Assembly: GCF_947568905.1 (NCBI RefSeq)
Contig: NC_079165.1
Span: 101,122,001 to 101,186,000 of the forward strand
Direction: 5' to 3'
DNA: 64,000 nucleotides
Source: Ostrea edulis
Taxonomy: Eukaryota
This document shows positions 34,401 through 47,386 of the stretch, in pieces. The translations under genes were made by a program, and so were the position numbers. The notes under the pieces are model-generated. The model saw nothing but the letters and a program-made list of their open reading frames with translations. It searched no databases and was not told the origin of the DNA. The number at the start of each line of letters is the position of its first letter. Positions within the stretch are counted from its first letter, which is position 1.

Positions 34401-36928
34401 GGAGAGCATGTAACCTCTTCCAACGTGAACTTTCCTATCTCCGTGCCAGAAACTCGGGCTCCAGCACAGAGCTAAGTAATTGATAAAACTCCTATTTATT
34501 CTGTCCTTTGTAATAAAATAATGCATGTATAACCATGGTTACGAAGAACATGAAGACTACAACCAAAATTGTGAAAGCCATTACCCCTGGACCAGTTAGA
34601 AGGGGGGAAATCAGTAGAGGAATTTCTTTTCAAGATAAGGACAATTTATTTGCGGTTTTTTGAATATCTAATACCTTTTTGATTGAGCAGTTTATTCAAG
34701 TGTTGTTTCAATTTACTCAATGCTCATGGGTCTCTTGTTACAATATGACACAAGAATAAACGTAAAAGTTGTATTACTTACAAGTAGAATGGCACAATCA
34801 TTAGTGGACTTAAGATGTAAAACTGCATGTCGTTATTCAGATACCAGGACCAACCCAAACACTGTTAATTAACAAAACGTAGAACTGTATGTCATTATTC
34901 AGATAGAGGGACAAACACTTAATTAACAAAATCAGTCAGCAATTATTTCTCAATATTTATCTTAAATCTAATCATATTGACGTAGACAATAAATCATTAA
35001 CCATACATCATTGGTAAAGACTATGGTCCCCTTTCCGATTCACCATTTTTTGACTACCCAACAAACCTACAGACGGCAGACTGTCATTACAAATTCTACA
35101 GGTACTAGATAGGGTGTATGACGTATGGACTGTTCACATGATTTACCAAGTCTTTGGCTCCAAAGAAGTTGTCGATGTATAGAAAGTTTTTCCACCACAC
35201 TCTCTTACAAGTCTCATCTGGGTGGGGTTTATTGGGACTAAAAATCAGGTGGGGGTAAATTGTAATGTACATGCCAATCACCATCATGTAAACTGGGGTT
35301 AGTCTGGTGAAAACAGAAAACGAAAGAATTATACAATATATAAAGTACTGAATTCAATTGTAGATGATAATTTGTAGTTCCTACAATATCTTATCGATAT
35401 AAAATTATCAGTGAAGTTGAATAACGCATTTCAAATTTTGAACATATCAAAGCTAACAACATTATTACCTCCAAAATCGATGGAAGTAGAACAGAAACCA
35501 GTTGATCCGCCCCTTGGTTTTGCTCATTTGTTTTAATAACAAGTATGAAGTCAACAAACCACTGAAAATAGACACACTATATATCAAATTTCTCTGAGAA
35601 AATAGATATCAATATATTTTTTTTTCAATGCTTAATACTATGGATTCATTTGATGTGCGTACAATAATTGAATTAAAGATCTTTTCAAATAATTGTTGAT
35701 ATCATCAAATCTATATTATTGCCTACATTAATGAAATTGTTGATAGCATTAACGAATCTGCTGATATTAACTCTCTTCAATAAATTGATAGATATGATGC
35801 GCGCTATAATTCAATATTGAAGTGAGCAATTCAATTAATGCGCGCATCATTCAATTAAAGTGCGGGATCTTTGCATTATTGTTCTCTTCAGTTGAATATT
35901 TGAATTACCATTGAATTGTTGCCCTCTTCAATCAAATTAATGACATCATTAATTCAGTTGATACGCACAATAATTTCTTTAGAGAGAGATGTCCACAACT
36001 GATCTCTTTAATTGTTGCTCTCTTTCAGAGAAATGATGCGCTTTGATTCCAAATACAACAACTGAATTCAAGAGATCATTAATACTGAATTACAAATAAA
36101 TTTCCCTAGAAACAATTCCACCACATTTATACGCGCTACAATTTAAAGAACAATAATTATAAATTGATAATAAATGAACACATTAGTTCAAAAACTGCCC
36201 GTAATAATTCAATTCATGCATGCATCAGATTAATTATTTTGCGCAATAATTCAATACATGCGCACATCAATTCAATTGATGAGAGCAATGATTGATTTGA
36301 TGCACGCATCAATGGAATTACTGTGCGCAATAGTTAACGATATAGAAGATCTTCAAGTATTTGCGTTTATGCTAATTAACGCTTCATATAAAAGCGGTAA
36401 ACAATTAGATATAGGAACTGCTTCTCTGCCAAATGCTTGATATGTTGAGCTGAGATGATACATTAAAAACCGAGGTTCCGTGTCGCGACAGTCGTTGATA
36501 CGTTAAAGAATCATCACTGCTACGCCTCCGAGCGTCATGCATACATGTAGACTTAAATTTATAGTTTGTTGATGTCAAAGGGACGTAACTCAAACCAGTA
36601 AACGATGCTAAAACATTACCTGAGAACGAAGAATGTATCAACGGCAACCAAGGCATTGAAAATGGCCTGGGACGAGACACGACCGAGGAATTCTTGGTAA
36701 TACGTCAACACATTGGCTGCAATTAGAATTATAAGTTATTCAGTATGTTTAATTATATGCAACAGACAGTTTGCTGAGCTATACAAACCCATAATGAAGG
36801 ATCCGTACAAATCATATTTTGTTGGAGAAAACAGCCACTCTAGTTCACGGTTTCTACCTATCATACGTACTTATCATGGATTTGTACTTCTCATACATAC
36901 TAATTTCTTACCATGGACATAAGATTGA

Positions 36929-36986
<58 letters not shown>

Positions 36987-37357
36987 TTACATGTATTGCC
37001 CAGTATGAAAGCAATGGTGTGGCCCAGGATGACCCAACTCATACTGAGAAATCGGATACCGTTGACGGCCGTTAGACTTCCTTTGGGTTGGGATGTGCCC
37101 AGAATCTTCTTGCCATTGGTGTAGGCGCTGAAGGACAGTATAATTCGCCCGAAGACACCTGAAAGTGATAGGCTCGTTTCTATAGTAAATCTTTGTCTTG
37201 TCCTACCTATATATACCACATACAAACTAACCATCTTGTGTTGGATCAGCGCGCGGTCTAAGAGCTCAAAATATTTCCTACATTTAATTATGAGTTTATA
37301 GACAGTAACACCTAACTTCAGGCACGTAGAATCGGGGGGGGGGGGGGGTGAATGATC

Positions 37358-37402
<45 letters not shown>

Positions 37403-39771
37403 AATGTACATGCCTGTCCACCCCAACCCTCATCCCTATTATTTTTAATATTGGTAGCGAATGAGAAGGGTCATGAATGTAATCCTCTTGAATTAGGATT
37501 TTGAAAATTTCCAAATCATCTGCGTCTCTCCCCCCCCCCCTTTTTTTTGAAAAACGATGATACGTGCCTGATTTTCGAAATATTGGGACTGTGTACACGT
37601 ATTAAGATGTATGAGAAAGAATTTGTTATAACTGATTGATAACTGTACTTGGATTGTGTTTATTCTGAGGTTTGGGTTGTTGGATCACTTGGATGTCTCC
37701 ATTTTCCGCCCTGAGTTTGTAGTTACTGTCAGACGAGTTACTGCTAGTGTCGATTGGTTTCTCATTGTCCGCCTCCTTACGTGAACCTTTTATTTTGGGC
37801 CAGACAACGATGATGACGTCATACAACGTTCCCTCCACGATAAGGATCAGAAAGACAATTAAGATAATACTGAAAGAAAACATACATTAAAGAGGTGCAT
37901 TGGCTTATAGGTGAAGGAATTTCGTTAACGATTAACCTTTGAATTACGATGTCGTGTAAAATGTTCAAGACATACATACATGTAACATGTATGGCGTGTA
38001 AAACTTTGCTAAATCGATAATCTTGTGATGTATGTTCAATATCTTGTGATGTATGTTCAATATCTCGTGATGTATGTTCAATATCTCGTGATGTATGTTC
38101 AATATCTCGTGATGTATGTTCAATATCTCGTGATGTATGTTCAATATCTTGTGATGTATGTTCAATATCTTGTGATGTATATTTTATATCTCGTGATGTC
38201 TGTTCGATAATCTTGTGATGTATGTGCAATATTTTCAGTATGTTAAATTTTTGTTCTTTTATTTTCCAATTCATTTGCCGTCAGTTACAGCTTGTATTGC
38301 TTTAAACTGTACATGTAAGCGGATAAAATTTCTGCATCTAAACAGATTATTCTATCTAAATCACCAACTAAACTTAACAGTTTCTCCTAACCACTCATTG
38401 CGGATATTTCCACGTGTATTTTAGACTTTCAGAACTCCGCATGTTTAGACCTGCATTTTCTATCGACTTAGCGTACCTGAAATGTTTCCTTTTTATAAGA
38501 ATGACTAAGGTAAGATCTCTCCCTAACTGAGATTTAAATCAAACTTTGATAAGTGATTGAGTAATCAATATATGTTCCATATTGCTAGGGTGCCCATGTG
38601 AATTGTTCCGGCCTACAATTCCCATTAGACTGACCTAAACGTTTTCAGACATTCTTCAATAAAGACATCAAATATTATGTCTCGTGTTAAAGAAACCATT
38701 CAGTCTGTTGCAAAGTGTTGTATATAGTATGTGTATAACACATTCTAACACAGTTTTAGCAAAGATCAGATGAATGCCGCGGTTATTATTTTACGATATA
38801 CCTTCATACGTACATGTAATAATTGATTACGATATAAAGTTGATACACATCACGCTTGCATTTCATGTTTTGCTAATACAACAATAATGTTGATAACTAA
38901 TAATTCAGTTTTATAATCATTAACACTAATCAATATGATTAAATATATAAATGACTGAATAACTTTGTCATTCAACATAAATCAATCCTCTGCATTCTGT
39001 GATCGAAACACACGTAAACAAACACAATGAATAGACAAGTTAACCCTCTTCCACGTATGTATAGTTTTCTTGGACTGTATGTATTAAAAGCAGTTAATAT
39101 AATCCGTCGATATCAAACTAAATACTTGAAATATTTTTCAAAACAGATTTAGTATACCCTACCATCTCACCAGTTTCGTCATTAAAAAGACAAAAACATT
39201 TAGGCCTAGACTGTCAAGACGTCACGGTGATCTAATTTGTAGCTGTATAGGTAAACTTTCTGAGTCGTAGTGTAATAGAAATGACGTTCTTCTTTACGTG
39301 GATGATACTGGATAACCTTCTTGGTCTCAAAATGTTCTTTGAAATATAAATCCATGACTAACATCCAGAGCTGCTTTTATATTTCACAACATTTTTCGAC
39401 CTCGAAGGTTATCCTGCAAGAAACATGAAAACGCGATCTTTATTTCATAGATATTATTTGGAAATAACGCACATTCTTTAAAACGCGTAAACTCTCTATG
39501 TTTTCAGGTATATGAGGCTAAGATCTTAAATGTGAAAACCAGTCTTTCCCTACACTGAATATAAAAGTCCACACTGCTTACTCACACGACTATTTTGTCA
39601 CTGGTCTCCAGCTGATCATCCTCTACTGGAGTTGGGCAGGTTATTGGATAGGCTGTCACTGTGTTATTGCCAAGCGGTATGCTGTACAGAACTAGAGAGA
39701 AGCAACAAACAACGTGACATAAACCAATATTGTGCCCCTTCCTCTTAGAAAAGATGAGAGAGAGAAAGGTG

Positions 39772-39821
<50 letters not shown>

Positions 39822-42800
39822 GAAAGAAAGAGAGAGAGATAATTCTAATTCAAAACTTGAAGCAATATCTTCAACCCTTTTAAAATTCTATCCCCATGCC
39901 CTTGAGCCACTAGGAATCTTCAAGTGATACAAAATCTCTAGATATGGTCATCCCAACTCAGATCCGAAATTCTTTGCATCTAGCAACGTTGCTCCCTTCA
40001 AATAATACCATTATTGCAGTATTCTTTTCACATTTAAAATCTGTGTTTCTCTATCTACATAAACTTACATGCATTGACAACCTTGACAAGGTCATCACTG
40101 CTGCAGGACTTAGGGAAGCACATTCCTGCTTTGATGGCGCCGGGATTTTGAATTGCCAAAAGAAACTAAGGAAAAAATCAGCAAATTATGTAAGTACCTA
40201 TAAGTGTATGCATTGTTCATAAACAACGGGTATAAATATTCATTGCTTCCCCTTCCTCGAACCGTTAATTATATATTGCCAAACTTCACATTAGGAATGC
40301 ATACAATGATAACATTGATAATAGTGGATGACTCCTAGTGATGAAGAAGTTGATCAAATGCATCGTATTGCATTATCATGGGTAAAAATACCTAGAGCGG
40401 GCTTTTATCGTGTGGCAGTTCGTTGTCTTTACTTTTTGGAATCAATCAATTAGGAAAGCGACAGATATATTTCAATGATATATGCTCTGTCGCTACTACT
40501 GGCGATATTCCGATAACGTCAAAGAAAACCGAAGGTGTGATACAAACCCCTTTGACCGCAGGCGGTAGTGGAAGATTCAGGGACACGGTGCAATATTGTC
40601 CCTTGACAGGGGGTTGAGTTGTTGGTAGAATCCCGAACGCTTCTAAGGTTGTGACGTCACTGTAACACTCGTCATAGGAGCCATACCAGTTCAAATCCAG
40701 GTTCATAACACCTGTGGGTATTTTAGCTGATGCGTCCAACACTGAAAAAAAAAACAGCACAGATTTTTTAAAAATACATGCATTTCTATTGGCCTGTCGT
40801 CGTGCGTTGTCCGTCGTGCATTTTTAAACTTTTCTCAATTCCATTCTTTTCTTGGTTTCGAGCATCTTTGGGAAAAGGGGGCATAAATTGTAAATTAATT
40901 ACAGGACTCCTGCAACCCCGATGCCTTAGGGGCGGGACAACAACTGATATTATTTTAAAATCTTAATACTTCTCTACAACCGCATATGTGTAGGAAATAC
41001 TAAATGCAGTCAAGTAGAGGATTTGTATGATCTCCGTGGTACTCAAGCTTCAGACTCCGGGGCCAAGCTTGGCAAATAGTGTTTATGCGTAAAATATTTA
41101 TTTAAGAAACAGCATCGTCTTTAAGGAGATTAGTTCATTTTTAAAAAATCATATTTTATTTCCATTTTTGATGTTAAACATTAAAAATATACCTCATTTA
41201 ATGTTGACAACCAAAACTTGGACCTTCTTAATGCAACGATAATCTTGAGCAAATATTTTAGCCTTATCTCTGTATTATATAAACAAGACTCGTGTCTTGT
41301 TTATGTTTGTAAACAAACTAATGAAATTTTTATTTTGTAATTCAAAGCAACCTCCTTTTGCCCAGACACAAAGTTAATTTATTGAATGGTACATTTTACC
41401 TAAAGAATACTTAAAATGCGATATATATCATAAATTTAAATTGATAACCATACATTTTCAAAACTTTGCAAGCAAAAACATACCTCCATGTTTTTCACAC
41501 AACAAATATTAAACACTCTATAATGAGCTTCTGTCATAATGTACATGTATAACTTTAATTTTTTGGTGAAACTTTTTCAATACAATAAACAGTAAATTTT
41601 CGATTATTAAAAGTGAAAAACTAAATTGATGTAAAACCGTGAATCGGTCCCTTTAATGTCATTGATACTAAAGTGAAATTAAATAGAGCTGATACGTCTT
41701 TACCAAAATTGTAAATTCTTTGATCACAGAGGTAAGGGTTTGCTTCCAGGTTGATGTCAAAATTATTATTGTGATTATTTTCTTTACCATTTGAAAGACT
41801 TGATGTTTTATAAAAACTAAATGCATATCTAGTAGCATCTTTACTAGCCAAAGGTTTACGATCCGCTCCGCTTCTCTACATCTTCGCTAGCCAAGGGCAT
41901 ACGATCCGTTCCAGATCGTAAACTCTTGGCTACCGAAGATAATTTAGGAGAAGCAAAGAGGGATGACCAAAAATTGTGAAATTTGTAATACCAAGGTTCT
42001 AACATTAGGGCGGATCCAAAATAGTCATATAGTACTGATGTAACATACACTATAGTATGCAAAGTCTTTCATCAGTATGGGTATTTTTGGGAGCATTTGT
42101 GTTACTACTGCAGAATTAGAATTTAACTCAGACATGCAGAACAGCCCTTGGGGCTAGTGACACTATAAACCAATACCAGTTGAATCTTTCGTCGTCGTTG
42201 TTCCGGTCGTCTACATATCACATTTCAAGAACCACTGAGTTATTTTAACAGAAACTTGCCTCATCTAGCATCTTGGACATAGTTTGGCCAAACAAATGTC
42301 CACGTGTTCGTCCAAGGGAATCGGTGAAAATAAAGAAAAAACCATTAAGGACATAACGTGTGTGATAGTTTAAAAATACGTACAACATACACAGCTTATA
42401 CTGTATAAATTCTTGCATTGTAATAGTCGGGATCCAAAACAGAGGACACTTAACGTCAAATTCAGTTTCTTTATGCGGTGTAAATAGGCCAGATAAGACG
42501 GGGAAGAGGTTCAGCTCTCTATCTCATTCCTCCCGATTTCCCCTCTCTTTCACCCTCTCCCTTTTTATACCCTGTCCAACCCTTTAGTTTCAAGATCTTT
42601 CAAAGCATCTATACAACACCTGCACAGGGAGTACACATTGATATTTTTCTATGTTGTTGGTCAAATTTTTTTTATCATGTGCTATACATAGTATTACGAC
42701 TTTGCAACCCTATAAAGGTGATTCATAACTTATTCTTACTTTTCAGTGCCCATGGTTGCGTCGATTGCAGACCAGAAATCACTCTGACAACATCACTCCG

Positions 42801-43517
42801 ACAATTTGCAGAAGCATTCGTGTATTGCACAATTCCATTCAGGTACAGCATCAGCATTTTCCCTGCAGTACTGGGATCTATGTTACCGCTAGTCAGCTGT
42901 TGTGCGATTTTCCCGAAGTCTAATCCGGAGGAGACACCGGTGTTTCCACCACCAAGCATTGAGCCGATGAATTTACCGATGTTAGGATTCTGCAGAATAT
43001 TCTGGAGGATGTTTCCAAAGCCATCATTTGAAGAGTTGTTTTGGGAACCATTGCTTGGGCCTGAGGAATTGCCGTTAGAGGATAAAGATCCCAGAAAATT
43101 GTTAAGGATGTTCTGAAAGACATTCCCTAGACCACCATTTGAAGTGTTGTTTCGGGAGCTGTTGTTTGTCTCTGGAGCGGTAAAGTTGGAAAGTTCTGAA
43201 ATAAGATTCTGAAAGAGACTGCTCAAATCGGTTTGGTTGCTTCCCTGATTAGTACTGTTTAAGGCGTTTGGATCCAAGTTTACTTGCTTCGCTCGTTTTA
43301 GTAGCGAGTGTTTACTCACTTGATCTGTCCATTCTAGAAACTCTTTGGAACTTAGAAATGGTGCAATAGCTTTTTGGCTCTCTATTTTCTGGTGTATAGC
43401 CCCCACTGGATTAATTGCGTAGTCTTGGTAACGGAGGTCACCCCCAGATCCAAAATCACAGACTATTATGAAACTGAGAATGTGCACCACAAACTGTACT
43501 CCTTTTATCGGATTCAT
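31431..43517 (-). CDS. nrf-6: Nose-resistant-to-fluoxetine-6-like / O-acyltransferase-like membrane protein (NRF domain + acyltransferase-3), copy 1, complete, 902 aa
   Basis: 15 exons, minus strand, GT-AG, phases consistent: 43517-42740, 40741-40548, 40165-40069, 39691-39586, 37869-37649, 37158-36991, 36716-36620, 35561-35469, 35303-35147, 34861-34782, 33567-33442, 33276-33156, 32618-32423, 32067-31925, 31562-31431. Total 2709 nt. Motifs: WALKMLDASAKIPTG, NGIRFLSMSWVILGH, AVDTFFVLSG, HRFWRLTP, WSWYLNNDMQFY, YIVPWCRMGPY, LSRLTYCAYLVHP, FESPFMGLEK. Confidence 0.93.
31641..31846 (+). mobile_element. 3' end of a Penelope-like (probably Naiad-type) retroelement
   Basis: Matches the 3' ~200 bp of the RT-bearing copy at 47387-48334 (GACTACGGATAACTCCG...CGTTATCTTC(A/G)CCTTT). 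Confidence 0.8.
38021..38225. repeat. 21-bp minisatellite (about 8-9 units)
   Basis: Unit TGATGTATGTTCAATATCT(C/T)G. Confidence 0.9.
41124..41653. mobile_element. TTAA-flanked Kolobok-like MITE; orthologous copy at about 61195-61566 and a related copy ending at about 764
   Basis: TTAA-bounded, right end GTGAATC(G/A)(G/A)TCCCTTTAA; shared internal ATGTAAACA/TTGTTTATGTT hairpin and TTTTACCTAAAGAATACTT. Confidence 0.55.
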
Positions 43518-44446
43518 GGTTAGAAGAGAAATCAAGACGAGAGAGCGTTTTTATACCTAGGGTAAGCTTTGTGTGATGTCAATATATAGGGCTTGCCATT
43601 ATCTCTCTCAGCCTGGTGATAAATGAACATTCCTCTGTAGTGATACGTTTAATATCAGTGAATCCACAACTTGAGTCCGAATATATGAAAATATATTGCA
43701 AAATGTTTAGAACCAAAGGTGTGAGATGTTAAAATCCAGTACACAGAATCATTGGGCATACAAGATGTTAGTAAAAGAGATATTGTTCTTTGTGAACAAT
43801 AGTAGATGGAATATCTGAATAAGTTAGATCGCAGTTACATGTAGTTGGGTTATGAATGTCCTTTTATATTTAGGTAACTTTTTTCCCCACATACTAGTAG
43901 AACCACTGAAAAAGATTATACTTGTAATTTCGTAGAAGTCAATGGCCCTTTTTACCAAAATTCTTACGATTTATCGTAGGATTTTAGGCTAAACCTTTCT
44001 TATGACGAATCTCAAGTCAGTGTCATGTACACACCCTATATAAACAACATGACCAATGACGATTTTCTTATCGTGCACAGCATCAAACCAGTGTGAAATA
44101 TTTCCGTTCGGTATTTGCATGTTACAAATAGTACATGCAAATGTTGGTCAATGGGGATGAACGAGAATCGAATGAAAACTAACGTAGTTTTTTTCCAAAT
44201 GGAAATAACCTTTTTATGTATAGTCGATATAAAAAACTCTACACCAGTAATGCTATAATTATACTATCACAAAATCGATTGAGTATACGAGGGTGGGTGG
44301 GTGGGCGTGCGAATATAGATATTTTAAAATTTACAAATGTTTTGACAGCATAAAGCATATACATGTATCATCCAAGGAATTCCATTTAACACCCCCCAAA
44401 GATGGCACCACACATTGAAGTTGAACGATCACTATTTGTTCTTATT

Positions 44447-44489
<43 letters not shown>

Positions 44490-44490
<1 letters not shown>

Positions 44491-45970
44491 TATATACAAA
44501 GCACTAAAATGACCAACGACACGAACAACGAGATTGTCAAATTTTCGGGACGCCCGGTCCCTTCTTCAGGACAAACGAAAAGAATTACATAATGTGGTCA
44601 ATATCAACAGAGCATAATAACAAAAACTACATATAAGTACATCTAGCACTACAACTACACTAATCTACAAACGTATTTACAATGCAGACTACATGTTTTT
44701 GGTCTTTAGGCTTGCCAATCAATGTTAAAAGTGGAGCGAATTAGGACATGCCTTATTCGTCCAAAGAACTGATCCAAAATGTACGAAAAGAAAAACAATA
44801 AACTTAATTAATCTCAAGTGGAACGAGTTAACCCAATTACGTTGACAAATAGTAAGGCTAACTCGTACCCAGAGAGATTCTATTTTAACCATGCATAATT
44901 TATAAAAGATAATAATAAGTAACAAATACAAAAAAATAAATAAATAAAAAATAAATAAATAAATGAAAATAAGCTATGTAAATGAAGTAAAAAATGAACA
45001 AAGTTTGAGAGAAAGATAATGTAAACAACAAGTTTGAATAAGTTAACAAAATGGACCAACTCCAAACAAAAACAAAGAATAAGCAGCCCAGGAAATTGAA
45101 TCAACATCAGACATTCCCGTGCTGATCATGTCTAGGGTAGATGTGCAAAAAACATAGAATCACGGAAACTGATAAATGGGTTTTATATGTAAGCAATCGG
45201 TTATGAAGTTCAAAGTAATTAAAAGGGATGGGCTGATTGTAAACAGAATTGAAAAGAAAAAAAATGTGTTCAAAAATGGTCATAGTACCACTGTTAGGGA
45301 CATGATCAGACGAGTAAGTTTAGATGAAGCTTAAAATCTAGTAAGGGTTTAGCCCGTATTCATCCTGGTGAAGTCAGTAGGTTTGTTGATACCATGCTGT
45401 TCAAATGACTTCAACCTGTGCATCCAGAATTTTTCCTTCTGCTTTCTTTTGGTATCTGACCAACTAGGGTCATGATCAATAACCACTACTGTCATGTCCT
45501 CCCATCGGTGGTTATTACCATTGAAATGTGTTGCTACTGGCAAATCTTTTTTGGTTCTGATGGAGGACCGGTGGTTGTTGACCCGTCTGCGAAGGTCTGT
45601 TGTTTCTCCTATGTACTGCTTCTGGCAGACATCGCAACTGATGAGATAGATGCAGTTATTGGTTTTGCAGGAAAAGTTTCCCAATATTTTATAATTGCGA
45701 CCCGTCACAGGACTGCTTAACCCCTCAGTGTCTGAGCTATATTTGCATAATTGACATCTGAGGTCTGAGCATATTTTGAAACCTCCATTGGGTAAAGGGT
45801 TATCCAGTTTGGTCCTTACTATCATGTCCTTCAGGTTTCTGGGACGTCTGAAGGATGCCATCGGTGGTTCCTTAAAAACACCAGCCATTCGTTTGTTGGC
45901 ATGCAGAATGGGCAGGTGTTTCTTCAAAATACCGTTGATGTTCTTGAGGGCGGGATGATACGTAGTGACC
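44490..45970 (-). mobile_element. 5'-truncated Penelope-like element: GIY-YIG endonuclease plus 3' region, inserted between microsatellites
   Basis: ORF 45927-45349 contains PPMASFRRPRNLKD, C-x4-R-C-x2-C, CIYLISCDVCQKQYIGET, RVNNH, VATHF and EKFWMHRL, the GIY-YIG domain of Penelope-like elements. It is flanked by (CA)n on the left and (TA)n on the right. Confidence 0.9.
44534..44574 (-). ncRNA. Minimal type I hammerhead ribozyme motif in the Penelope-like 3' region
   Basis: Minus strand: TTGTC CTGAAGA A GGGAC cgggc GTCCC GAAA AT T T GACAA. Stem I is TTGTC/GACAA, stem II is GGGAC/GTCCC, and stem III is a short palindrome. Confidence 0.72.
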
Positions 45971-45979
45971 TATATATGA

Positions 45980-46024
<45 letters not shown>

Positions 46025-46378
46025 CACTTGGAATCATCCCGACGTGGATAGTGATTTCAAACAAGTATTGTGATCTCCGTATCTAAGTTCTGAAAAATAA
46101 GTTAATGTTACATTTTGTAGATTCCATTTTTCCTAATTTGAAAATAAAAGCTATCACTGAATCGAATGCTATCTGACGTGATTCAATTCTTATGCTGTTC
46201 TGTACATATTGACTTTAACTACGGATTACCCCGTTTACCAGAACAAAATATAGGGCTTACAGTGGGTGTTTCCGGTCAACAGGGGATGCTTACTCCTCCA
46301 GAGCCTTTGCTCCCACCTCTAGCATGTCCATGAGTTAGTGTTTGTCTTTCTCTTAATTTTGCATTTTTAACTTGTTCT

Positions 46379-46422
<44 letters not shown>

Positions 46423-47386
46423 GAAATTGTCCCGTGGAGATCTGGGTTAGAATAGTTCCCCAGTACCCAATGCTCGTGGTAAGAGGCAACTAAATGGGGC
46501 GCTCCTTCTGATTGTACCGTAAAAAAAAAGCTCAAAGGCTGTAAGCGCCGAGCATAGGTCTAAATTTTGCAACCCTTCACCGGTCTTGGTGACGTCTCCA
46601 TATGAGTGAAAATTTTTCGAGAGGTACGTTAAACAATATACAATCAATCAACCATATATATGAAATCAAACACTTATTTGCGTATCGTAGAAAGTATACA
46701 AAGAAAACATACTCAGATGGAAAGCTTTTTGAAATCTTTATTTCACTGAGAGAAAATATGATACAGCATGTCAATCAGCATGTAATATTTATCAAGACAA
46801 TCTAGAGAATTCTTAAAAAGGATATAGTTAGACTCCCGCCTACAGAGGTGTTCCCTGTAGTGATTAGCCTGTGTGTGCATCCGTCCGTCCCAACAAACGC
46901 TTTTCTAAAGTTTTGGCTATCACTGCAAATGCTTTTCCAGACTTTTATCAGAGCTATTGAATTGAAAATGTATGCATGGACTTATATCATTGGGTTACAG
47001 ATCAAGTTTGAGTTTGGGCTTTGTTGATATTTTTGAAAGAGTTATGAACCTTGAACTTAGCAAACTTCGGGGATTTAACAGTTTTCCGCTTTGGTTTGGA
47101 TATCCCTGCAGCTATTGAAAATTTATGAATAGATTGGACTTTTTTGGTTGATTTTATATAGAGTTGTGGACCTTACACTTAGTAACTATGCCTAGTAGCA
47201 GCTTACAACTGTTGAAAAGAGAATCGATGAAAATTTTAACTCTCTTTATATGTGCTTGCATCATGCACATTTTCTCATCCAAAGTACCTCAGTTTTCATG
47301 TTGAATTATAAATATTTGAATTTGATGCCATATAATTAGAAAAACGATGCTACTAAAAATAAGCACAAACCTGATACTTTATTGAG

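Noticed and set aside
37819-38274. DIEHTSR-repeat ORF and overlapping ORFs; likewise the VCVCLL ORF at 5784-5972
   Set aside because: Translations of the 21-bp and 16-bp repeats, with no coding context.
42679-43116. 145-aa + strand ORF (also 63575-63871)
   Set aside because: Antisense shadow of nrf-6 exon 1; its conservation is explained by the real gene.
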